Source of the DNA: Scyliorhinus canicula
Taxonomy: Eukaryota
Length of the DNA stretch: 64,000 nt
Direction of reading: 5' to 3'
Assembly (NCBI RefSeq): GCF_902713615.1
Contig: NC_052154.1
Coordinates: 159,380,754 to 159,444,753 of the forward strand
Shown here: positions 49,801-61,800 of the stretch, piece by piece
Numbering within the stretch: position 1 is the first letter of the stretch
How the letters are laid out: each line of letters starts with the position of its first letter
Translations under genes and position numbers: made by a program
The notes under the pieces: model-generated
The model's database searches: none
Seen by the model: the letters and a program-made list of their open reading frames with translations, nothing else
What the model was told of the DNA's origin: nothing

Positions 49801-52800
49801 TACCGAAATTCACTAGACTCTGGGGTGGTCCCGGTGGATTGGAAATTAGTAAACGTGACGCCACTGTTTAAAAAAGGAGGTAGGCAGAAAGCAGGAAATT
49901 ATAGGCCAGTGAGCTTAACTTCGGTAGTAAGGAAGATGCTGGAATCTATCATCAAGGAAGAAATTGCGAGGCATCTGGATAGAAATTGTCCCATTGGGCA
50001 GACGCAGCATGGGTTCATAAAGGGCAGGTCATGCCTAACTAATTTAGTGGAATTTTTTGAGGACATTACCAGTGCAGTAGATAACGGGGAGCCGATGGAT
50101 GTGGTATATCTGGATTTCCAGAAAGCCTTTGACAAGGTGCCACACAAAAGGTTGCTGCATAAGATAAAGATGCATGGCATTAAGGGTAAAGTAGTAGCAT
50201 GGATAGAGGATTGGTTAATTAATAGAAAGCAAAGAGTTGGGATTAATGGGTGTTTCTCTGGTTGGCAATCAGTAGCTAGTGGTGTCCCTCAGGGATCCGT
50301 GTTGGGCCCACAATTGTTCACAATTTACATAGATGATTTGGAGTTGGGGACCAAGGGCAATGTGTCCAAGTTTGCAGACGACACTAAGATGAGTGGTAAA
50401 GCAAAAAGTGCAGAGGATACCGCAAGTTTGCAGAGGGATTTGGATAGGTTAAGTGAATGGGCTAGGGTCTGGCAGATGGAATACAATGTTGACAAATGTG
50501 AGGTTATCCATTTTGGTAGGAATAACAGCAAACGGGATTATTATTTAAACGATAAAATATTAAAGCATGCCGCTGTTCAGAGAGACTTGGGTGTGCTAGT
50601 GCATGAGTCACAGAAGGTTGGTTTACAAGTGCAACAGGTGATTAAGAAGGCAAATGGAATTTTGTCCTTCATTGCTAGAGGGATGGAGTTTAAGACTAGC
50701 GAGGTTATGTTGCAATTGTCTAAGGTGTTAGTGCGGCCACACCTGGAGTATTGTGTTCAGTTTTGGTCTCCTTACTTGAGAAAGGACGTACTGGCGCTGG
50801 AGGGTGTGCAGAGGAGATTCACTAGGTTAATCCCAGAGCTGAAGGGGTTGGATTATGAGGAGAGGTTGAGTAGACTGGGACTGTACTCGTTGGAATTTAG
50901 AAGGATGAGGGGGGATCTTATAGAAACATTTAAAATTATGAAGGGAATAGATAGGATAGATGCGGGCAGGTTGTTCCCACTGGCGGGTGACAGCAGAACT
51001 AGGGGACATAGCCTCAAAATAAGGGGAAGTAGATTTAGGACTGAGTTTAGGAGGAACTTCTTCACCCAAAGGGTTGTGAATCTATGGAATTCCTTGCCCA
51101 GTGAAGCAGTTGAGGCTCCTTCATTACATGTTTTTAAGGTAAAGATAGATAGTTTTTTGAAGAATAAAGGGATTAAGGGTTATGGTGTTCGGGCCGGAAA
51201 GTGGAGCTGAGTCCACAAAAGATCAGCCATGATCTAATTGAATGGCGGAGCAGGCTCGAGGGGCCAGATGGCCTACTCCTGCTCCTAGTTCTTATGAATG
51301 CGGGGGAGGAATTAAATATCATCACTAGAGAAGTAATATTAGACAAATTAATGAGGCTAAACACAGTTAAGTCCCCTGGCCCTGAAAGCTTGCATCCTCG
51401 GGTCCTAAAAGAGGTAGCTGCAGAGGTAGTGGATGCATTGGTTGTTATTTTCCAAATATCCTTGGATTCTGGAGAAGTACCGGAGGATTGGAAAACTGTC
51501 AATGTGACATCCCTATTCAAAAAGAGATAGAGGCAAAAAGCGGGTAACTAAAGGTTGATTAACCTAACATCTATTGCTGGAAAAATGTTGGAATCAATTA
51601 TTAATAGTAATAGTAGCACATTTTGAAAATTATATCTAATTAAGCAGTCAGCATGGCTTCATGAAAGGCAAATCATGGTTGACTAATTTATTAGAGTTTT
51701 TCGAGGAAGTCTCAACCAGAGTGGATAGAGGGGAACCGTACATGTGTTATATTTGGACTTCCAGTAGGCATTTGACAAGGTGTCTCCCAAAAGGTTAAGA
51801 GCCCATCATAAGATAAGAGCCCATGGAAACAAAGAAACAAAGGTCAGTACAGCGCAGGAACAGGCCTGTCGGCGCTCCAAGCCTGCGCCAATCATGATGC
51901 CTGTCTAAACCAAAACCCTCTGCACTTCCGGGGTCCATATTCCTCTATTCCCATCCTATTCATGTATTTGTAAAGATGCCTCTTAAATGTTGCTATTGTA
52001 TCTGCTTCCACCACCTCCCCAGCAGCGCATTCCAGGCATTCATCATCCTCTGTGCAAAAATCTAGTCTCCATCATCTCCTCTAAATTTCCCCCCACCCCT
52101 CGCACCTTAAACCTACGTCCCCAACTAGATTGACTTTTCCACCCTGGAAAAAGCGTCTGGCTATCCATTCTGTCTATGCCAGCAACATCCTGGTAAACCT
52201 CTTCTGTGCCCTCTCAAACCAATCTATATTATGCTGTATCCTCTGTCAATACTCATCACTGTCTGCAACTCCACCAACTTTTGTGTCATCCACGAACTTA
52301 CTAATCGGACCAGCTACACTTTCCCCCAAATCATTTATATAATGAACAACAAAGGTCTGAGCAGTGATCCCTGCGTAGCTGGTGGTCGTATATTGGCATG
52401 GATAGAGAATTGGCTAATGGCAGGAAACTGTGAGTGGGGATAAGGGGTTCTTTTTCACTGTAACACGGATCAGTATTGGCACCGCAACACCGCACAATGG
52501 TTAGCACTGCTGTTTCACATCTCCAGGGTCCCAAGTTCAATTCTCGGATTGGGTCACTGTCTGTGTGGAGTCTGCACACTCTCCCTGTGTCTGCGTGAGA
52601 TTCCTCCGGGTGCTCTGGTTTCCTCCCACAAGTCCCGAAAGACGTGCTGTTAGGTAATTTGGACATTCTGAATTCTCCCTGTGTACCCGAACAGGTGCTG
52701 GAATGTGGCGACTAGGGGTTTTTCACAGTAACTTCATTGCAGTGTTAATGAAAGCCTACTTGTGACAATAAAGATTATTGTAAACTGTTTACAATATATA

Positions 52801-55800
52801 TTAATGACTCGGAGAAAGGACACAAACGTACTGTCGCCAGATTTGCGGAAAAAAATTTAGGTCGAAAGGTAAGTTGAGAGGGATACAAACAATTTGCAAA
52901 GTGATATCGATAGGTTCAGTGAGTGGGAAAAAAGTTGGCAAATGCAGTATAATATGGGAAAGTGTGAAGTTGTTCATTTTGGAAGATAGAACAAAAGAGC
53001 AGAATATTATTTAAATGGAGAAAATCTGCAGAAACCTGCAACACAAACGGATTTGAGGGCACTTGTGCACAAAACACAGAAAGTTAGCACTCAGGTGCTG
53101 CAAGTTATCAGGAAGGTTAATAGAATGTTGGTCCTTATTTCACGGGGATTGGGATGTTTTGCTGCAAGTGTATACATCTGGAGTGGTGTAAGCAGTTTTA
53201 GTCCCCAGAAAGATATTATTTCATTGGAGATGGTTCAAACAAGGTTCACCAGGATGATCCCTGGTATGGAGGGATTGTCTGATAAGCAAAGGTTAAACAG
53301 GTTGGGACTCTACTCATTGGAATTTTGAAATGTATAGGATTCTCAAGGGGCTTGATAAGGTAATGGCTGAGAGGATGTTTCCCCTCAAGGGAGAATCTAG
53401 GACCAGAGAGCATAGTCAGAATAAAGCAGTGTCCATTTAAGACTGAGATGAGGAGGAATATCTTCTCTCAGCGGATTTTGAGTCTATGGAACGTGTTGTC
53501 AGAGAGCTGCGAGGGGAGAGTCCTTGTATATATTTAAGGCTGAGATAAATAGATTGATCAGGAAGGGAATCAAGGATTATTAGGTAAGGGCAGGAAGGTG
53601 GACATGAGGAATGTTGAATCAGCCATGATCCTATTGAATGGCGGAATAGGCTCGAGAGGCCGAACGGCCTCCTTCTGTTCCTATTCTTATGGTCTAAGAA
53701 TTCTAAATATTATTTTATCTTAGCAAGAATTAGCGGAAACAAACTTTAATTAGAGGGATTGTCCCATAAGTAGTGACACCTTAATGAGACAATGGTAAAT
53801 GATATCAATTGATGAACATCACCTTTGAGAAATCAATTAGAAACTGATCATGCCCACCTAGACCAATCACAGATTTACCTTGTGTCCCCTAAACCAATTA
53901 AGAATTAGACTTGCCTCATTTAGGCTATTAGAATGCAATAACACCATTGATAACACAGTGGGTTGTGGCTTGGAATGGGTTAATAAGTAGAAACTTTTAC
54001 TGAGCAAGTTGCGCAGCAAGAGGAAACAGATGTTGTGGAGAGAAAAGAGATCAACTCCCAGGGCTGAACTAGAGAGCAAGAGCTGTCGTGCATCATCAAA
54101 TCCCACCCTGTCTTTCGTAGGTAAGGGGCTGGTTAGCTCAGTTGGTTGTACGGTTGGTTTGTGATGCAAAGCGACGCCAACAGCGTGGGTTCAATTCCTG
54201 TACCAGCTGAGATTATTCATCAAGGCCCTGCCTTCTCAACCACATCTGTCACCTGATCACCACCAATCGCTCTCTCTCAAAGGGGACAAGCAGCATATGA
54301 TCTTCTGGGGGCTGTCGCGACTTTTCACATTTACAACTTCACTAAACTGCTACCTAATTGGTTTTCAAAGTGTCAAATGAACACGATTAGAATTTAAGTT
54401 CAAATAATACCTCGAACTTGCAGAATAAAACAAAAAAAATTGTGATCGACTCCTTAAGGGATAACCTTCATTATTTCAACACAAGCAATGAAACTTAAAA
54501 CAGAGACTTGTCAAATTAAAATAGCACTTTGAGAGTGATGATGCTCTCCAACACCCCCGAACCGAACAGTCGCAGAAGGCTTACTGGTGGACATCACGTG
54601 CACCATCTCCAAGGGCTACTGGGCATGCAACCACGGAAGAGAGAACATTCAAATGAAGAGTAAGTCATAGTCATAGAGTCATAGATGTTTACAGCATGGA
54701 AACCAGCCCTTCGGCCCAGCTTGTCCATGCTGTCCAGTTTCTATCACTAAGCCAGTCCCACTTGCCAGAATTTGGCCCATATCCCTCTATACCCACCTTG
54801 CCCATGTAACTGTCCAACTGCTTTCTAAAGGACAAAATTGTACCCGCCTCTACCACTAACTCTAGAAGCCATTCCAGATGCTCACCACCCTCTGTGTGAA
54901 GAAACTTCTCCTCTGGTCTCTTTTGTATCTATCTTCTCTCACCTTAAACCTATGCCCTCTAAGTCATTTGACCAATGAGCCTTCTCCGACATTGAAAAAG
55001 ATCATGGAAGATTGGATAGTAACCTCAAATCTGCATCCCACCTATCCGGATAAACTACCACTCCCTTGTTTACCAAGAATATATCTATCTCTGCCATAAA
55101 AATATTCAAAGACTCTGCTTGCACTACTTTTTCAAGAAGATAATAACAATGACTCACGACCCTCAGAAGAAACTTCATCTCATCTCCATTTTAAATGGGT
55201 GACCCCTTATTTTTAAACAGTGACCCCCTGGTTATAGATTCTCCCACAAAAGGAAACATCCTCTCCACATTTGCCCTGTCAAGGCCCCTCAGGATGTTGT
55301 CTTTCAATCAAATCACCTCCTATCCTTCTGAACGCCAGTGAAAAAAAGCCTAACCTGTCCCCATTCATAAGACAACCTGCCCATTCCAGGTATTAGCCAT
55401 ATAAACCTTCTCTTAACAGCTTCCTTAATATACTTTCTTAAATAAGGTGACCAATACACAGTATTCCAGATGTGGTGATGGAACCATCAATTCACCAGAC
55501 ACGTGTTTCCGATATGAATCTAGGCTTTAATTGACTTACTACAGAGCCAGCCTGTTACCCGTTGATTAACTCTCAGTGAACTGCAGGCTGACTCTGGACA
55601 AGGGTATTTATACAGCAGCACTAGGGGGAGGAGTCGTGGGCGGAGCCAAGGGTGGAGCCCTGTACAAGCTCCTGAGCATTCTCAGAGCTACTCTCCCTAG
55701 TGGTCGGATAACGCTACTGCGCTTACAAAGACATAGTGTGAATTATCATATTACATTCACCACATTCACCCCCTGCAAAAATAATTAAGTCCGGCGGGGG

Positions 55801-58800
55801 TGGTGGTCTACAACGTCAGTCTGTCCGGTGGTCAAATTGTCAGTTGTGATCTGTGGAGCACCGGGGTTGCAGCCTCTTGCGGTGGCTGGATGGGTGTTGT
55901 GTGCTGGTGTACGATGGCGGACTCCAGGGAGGGTTGTATCCGAGCTTCATACTCTCCTGGCTCGACCGGGGGCACTGGGGGCTGGCCGGCGCGGGTGCGC
56001 GGAACTGGTGGAGCGAGCTCGCGGGCTCGGGAGCACGAGATGGCGGCAGCATAGGGTGTAGGGTGAGAGGTCCTTCTGTGGGGGTAGAGGGGGCGCTGGA
56101 TCCGGCGGGTGCCAGATCCCGGAGGGATACCGTGTCCTGACAGCTGTCAGGGAACTCAACGAATGCGTACTGGGGGTTGGAGTGGAGCAGGCGCACCTTT
56201 TCAACAAGGTGGTCGGTTTTGTGTGCCCTGACGTGTTTCCTCAGAAGTACGGGGCCCGGTGTCCTCAGCCATGCCGGAAGTGAGACCCCCGTGGTAGTGC
56301 CCCTGGAAAAAATGAAGAGCCTCTCGTGAGGGTTCTGATTGGTCGCTGTGCACAAAAGGGACCTAATAGCGTTAAGCGCATCTGGGAGGACTTCCTGACA
56401 CTGGGAGACTTGGAGCTTTCTAGACCGGAGGGTCAGTAGGACGGTCTTCCAGACCGTCGCGATCTCCCTCTCCACCTGCCCGTTCCCCCTGGGGTTGTAG
56501 CTGGTAGTCCTGCTCAAGGCAATGCCCTTGTCGAGCAGGTACTGACGCAGCTCGTCGCTCATGAAGGACGAACCCCGATCGCTGTGTACGTAGCTGGGGG
56601 AAACCAAACAGGGTGAAGATGCTATGCAGGGCCCTAATGACTGTGTGGGAGGTCATGTCGGGGCACGAGATAGCGAATGGGAAACGGGAGAACTCGTCTG
56701 CGACGTTTAAAAAGTAAACGTTCTTGTTAGTTGAGGGGAGTGGCCCTTTGAAACCAATCGCGAGGCGTTCAAAGGGCCTAGAAGCCTTGACCAGGTGGGC
56801 CCTGTTTGGTCTATAGAAGTGCGGTTTGCACTCTGCACAGATCGGGCAGTCCCTGGTGACCGCTTTTACCTCCTCGTTGGAGAAAGGCAGGTTTCGGGCC
56901 CTGATGTAGTGGGCGAGCCGGGTGACCCCCAGGTGGCAGAGGTCATTGTGGATGACTTTCAATCGGTCAATCTGCGCGCTGGCACATGTCCCGCGGGATA
57001 GGGCATCCGGAGGCTCGTTGAGCTTCCCGGGTCGATACTTCATGTCGTAATTGTAGGTGGAGAGTCGATCCTCCACCTCAGAATTTTGTCGTTTTTAATT
57101 TTGCCCCTTTGCGAGTTGTCGAATGTGAAGGCAACCGATCTTTGGTCGGTGATGAGGGTGAGCCTCCTACCTGCGAGATAGTGCCTCCAGTAATGGATTG
57201 CCTCCACAATGGCTTGTGCTTCTTTCTCGACTGAGGAGTGTCGGAGTTCTGAAGCGGAGAGGGTACAGGAGAAAAATGCGACTGGTCTCCCTGCCTGATT
57301 TAAAGTGGCTGCAAGAGCTACCTCTGAGGCGTCGTTCTCTACCTGAAATGGAGTGGATTCATCCACCGCCCACATGACCGCTTTGGCGATGTCCTCCTTG
57401 ATGCCGTCGAAGGCCTGGCGTGCCTCGGCTGACAGGGGAAATCGTGTGGCCCTAAAGAGTGGGCGGGCTTTGTCCGCATATTGAGGGACCCACTGGGCGT
57501 AGTAGGAAAAGAAACCCAAGCACCGTTTGAGGGCTTTGGGGGAGGGGGTGTTCTAAGAGGGGGCGCATACGGTCTGGGTCTGGGCCCAGGACTCCGTTTT
57601 CCACGACATAGCCGAGGATGGCCAGTCTGGTTGTGCGGAAAATGCATTTCTCCTTGTTATACGTGAGATTCAGTTTCAGTGCCGTCTGGAGAAAACGGTG
57701 GAGGTTGGCGTCGTGGTCCTGCTGGTCATAGCCGCAGATGGTGACATTGTCCAAGTACGGAAACGTGGCCCGCAGCCCGTACTGGTCCACCATTCGGTCC
57801 ATTGCTCGTTGGAACACCGAGACCCCTTTAGTGACGCCGAAAGGGACCCGGAGGAAATGGAAGAGGCAGCCATCGGCCTCGAATGCCGTATAGGGACGGT
57901 CCTCCGGGCGGATTGGGAGCTGGTGGTATGCAGACTTCAGATCCACCGTGGAAAAGAGCCAGTACTGGGCGATCTGGTTTACCATGTCTGCAATCCTGGG
58001 GAGGGGATACGCGTCGAGGAGCGTAAATCTATTTAAGGTCTGACTATAGTCGACAACCATGCGGAATTTTTCCCCGGTCTTAACGACCACCACCTGAGCT
58101 CTCCAGGGACTATTGCTGGCCTCTATAACCCCCTCACTGAGAAGCCTTCGGACCTCTGCTCTGATAAATACCCTATCCTGCAGGCTATACCGTCTGCTAC
58201 GAGTGGCTACGGGTTTACAGTCCTTTGTGAGATTGGCGAAGAGAGGGGGGGGGGGGATTCGCAGCGTAGCGAGGCTGCAGATAGTGATTGGGGGCAGGGG
58301 CCCGCCGAAGCTGAGGGTGTGGCTCTTGAGGTTACATTGAAAGTCTAGGCCTAATAAGAGTGGCGCGCAGAGTTCGGGCAAAATGTAGAGTTTGAATTTT
58401 GAGGAGCTGGCGCCTCGGATTGTGAGTGTCGCAGCGGTGCGCCCCTGGATCTGGACCGAATGGGAGCCTGAAGCGAGCGAGATAGTTTGCTGCACGGGGA
58501 AAACGGGGAGCGAACAGCGTCTTACCAGGTCTGGATGTCTGAAGCTCTCAGTGCTCCCGGAGTCGAAGAGGCATGGCGTTTTGTACCCGTTGATTTGAAC
58601 CTCTGCCATCGCATTTCGCAGATGCTTCGGGCATGATTGGTCCAGAGTGACTGCACTGAGTTGCGGGTAGTCGGCGGCTCGATCAGCTGTGCTGGAGTGG
58701 CCCCGTGATGACTGCCCTCTGAGTTCATAGTCGTATTCTTCCGATGAGTTGTCCGAGCGCGGAGATGCAGGTCGGGCCCGTGGATTGCACGTGGCGGGCG

Positions 58801-61800
58801 GCGAGGAAGATGGCGTCCAAGATGGCAGGCCCCATGAGTCGCACGTGACCGGCCGCGTGGTGGGGGTTTGCCAAGATGGCGGCCCCCATGGATCGCACGT
58901 GGCTGGAGGGGACGGAGTCGGGGCATAGGCCGCAGCGCTTCGGGCCCCGCAGGCCTGCGGGTGAGGCGAGCGATTACTTTTGCCGCTGGGGAGCTGGAAG
59001 CAGGGGCCCTTTTAGCGAGGCACACTCTTGCGTAATGGCCTTTCCGCCTGCAGCTGCTGCAGGTCGTGTTGCGGGCCGGGCAGTGCTGCCGCGGGTGCTG
59101 GTTCTGGCCGCAGAAATGGCAGTCTGGAGCAGCATAGTGGCTGGCTGGAGCAGCATGGTGGCTGGGCGGCCACGTAGCACAGGCCTGGGGGAGTCGCTGG
59201 TCGGGGGCCCATGATTGGGTCGCGGGGTCCGCAGGGAACGAGTTAAGGCTGCGGAAGGAGACCTCCATCATGGTAGCAGCTTCCACAGTCGTTTCTAAGT
59301 CTTGGGGCCCCTTTTCCAGCAATCGTTGGCGCACATAATTAGACCTGAGGCCCACTACAAAAACATCACGTACAGCAAGTTTTCTGTGTTCAGCCGCGGT
59401 AACCGCTTGATAATTACAGTCATTGGACGAATGATTGAGTTCCCTTAGAAATTCGGCGAGTGATTCTGTAGGCCGCTGGCGGCGAGTCATGAACACATGG
59501 CGTGCGTAAACTTCGTTAATGGGCCTCACATATATCTTATTGAGTACTGCTAGCGCTGCAGTATATGAACCGGCCAAGTTTAGTTGTGGAGAGATTCTGT
59601 GGCTCACCCTCGCATGCAGTAGACTCAACTTCTGTTCCTCTGTCGTTTCGGCTGTGCTCGCTTCTGCCAGGTAGGCCTTGAAGCACCGCAGCCAGTGGGA
59701 GAAGATTTCTTTAGCCTCTGCATCCTGCGGGTCGAGTTCCAGGCGTCCAGGCTTGACGGCTGATTCCATAATCGATCTTGACTGTTCTTAAGTCGATTAA
59801 ATTGATGGAACCATCAATTCACCAGACACGTGTTTCCGATATGAATCTAGGCTTTAATCGACTTACTACAGAGCCAGCCTGTTACCCGTTGATGAACTCT
59901 CAGTGAACTGCAGGCTGACTCTGGACAAGGATACTTATACAGCAGCACTAGGGGGAGGAGTAGTGGGCGGAGCCAAGGGTGGAGCCCTGTACAAGCTCCT
60001 GAGCATTCCCAGAGCTATTCCCCCTAGTGGTCGGATAACGCTACTGCGCTTACAAAGACATAGTGTGAATTATCATATTACATTCACCACATGTGGTCTC
60101 TCTGGTACTCTGCATAACTGAGACATAGCCTCCCTAGTTTTGTATTCAATTCCCCTTGCAATAAATGATAACATTCTATTAGCTTTCCTAATTACTTCTG
60201 TGCCTGCCTGCTACCTTGTGTGATTCATGCACTTGAGACACCCAGATCCTTCTGCATCTCAGAGCATGCAATTTTTCACCATTTGGATAATCTGTTTTTC
60301 TTTTACTCCCCTGCCAAAATGGACAATTTTAGGTGTTCCTATGTTATACTCCATTTGCCAGATCTTTGCGCACTCACTTAACCTATCTGTATCTTTTTGT
60401 AGCCTCCTAATGTCCTCTTCACAACTTACTTTCTTACCAATGTTTGTGTCATCAGCAAATTTGACAATCGTACCATCTATTCTTTCATCCAAGTAATTTA
60501 TATAAATTGTAAATAGTTGAGGTCCCAGCACTGATCCCTGTGGCACACCATTCATTACATCTTGCCAACCAGGCACATCAGTCAGGGTGAACAACGCTCT
60601 CAACTACCTACACCTGCTTATGGCTGCCACGGTCAGTCTCAAGGGCAGACCAATGGGGAGGTCCTCTAATCTGGATGTCAACTCCCCACCTTTCCTGTCT
60701 ACTGGGTGGCCAAGGTCAGCAGCATGGGACTGAAGTGCAACCAAATATTGAAGAGGACTCCCTTGTAGAGAATATAATATATATACACTGCCTCTCAGGA
60801 AGTGATGTGAGAAATTATACATGATGCAGAATTTGTGTCTAAAGTGGGGTATATTTTGTAGCTCTAGAAACCACAGCACACAAGTACCCATTTAAATGTG
60901 AGGAGTGGGTGTCTCAGGTTTGTTTTCGTATTCATTCGGACTGTGGGGCAGCATGATGGCACAGTGGGTGCCACTGCTGCCTCAGCACCAGAGACCTAGG
61001 TTCAATTGCAGCCTTGGGTGATTTTGTGAAGTCTGAATGTTCTCCCTGTCTGCATGGATTAACTCCGGGTGCTCCAGTTTCCTTCCACAAGTCCTGGAAA
61101 AAGTGCTTCTTGGTGTATTGGACATTCTGAATTCTCCCTGTGTACCCGAACCGGCGCACTCTGGCAACGAGGGGCTTTTTACAGGAACTTCATTGCAGCG
61201 TTGCTGTGAGCCTACTTGTGACAATAATAATAAAGATTATTATTTCTTCCGAGTGCTGGGGTTTCCTTCCACAGTCCAAAGATGCTGCGGTTAGGGGAAT
61301 TGTCCATGCTAAATCGTCGAAAGGTTAGATGGGGCAACTGGGTTTAGGGGGATGGGCGTGGGCCTGGGTCGGGTACCCTTTGAGTCGGGTTCAGGCTGGA
61401 TGAACGGAAATGGCTCCTTCTGCAAGGAACATATATGGGCGTCACCAACAAGATCAGCATTTATAACCGACCCCTAACTGCCTTGATTATGTAGGTGACG
61501 GGCCCAAGACCACATTTCCGATCTGGCACTTACGGGTCTTCTCATTACCACGTTCACGGCCGATTTTAAACAAAAAAAAACAATAACCTTAAAACTAAAG
61601 GGAGCCGCCACATGGGCGGGGACCACACGGACAAGATGTAATTTCCTCACTTTTTTTGGACACATGGACTGGGGGTGAGCACAGTAAGAAGTCTTACAAC
61701 ACCAGGTTAAAGTCCAACAGGTTTGTTTCAAACACTAGCTTTCGGAGCACTGCTCCTTCCTCAGGTTTTTCGACACAAACAAGACGTGCTGTCCACGGCC

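Larger units (their letters stand above)
55476..60091 (-). mobile_element. Full-length Ty3/Gypsy LTR retrotransposon, inserted into an old CR1 fragment in intron 1
   Basis: Two 289-bp TG...CA LTRs, 5-bp TSD TGTGG (55471-55475 and 60092-60096), PPT AGGGGGTGAA next to the 3' LTR, domain order gag-PR-RT-RH-IN. Confidence 0.97.
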
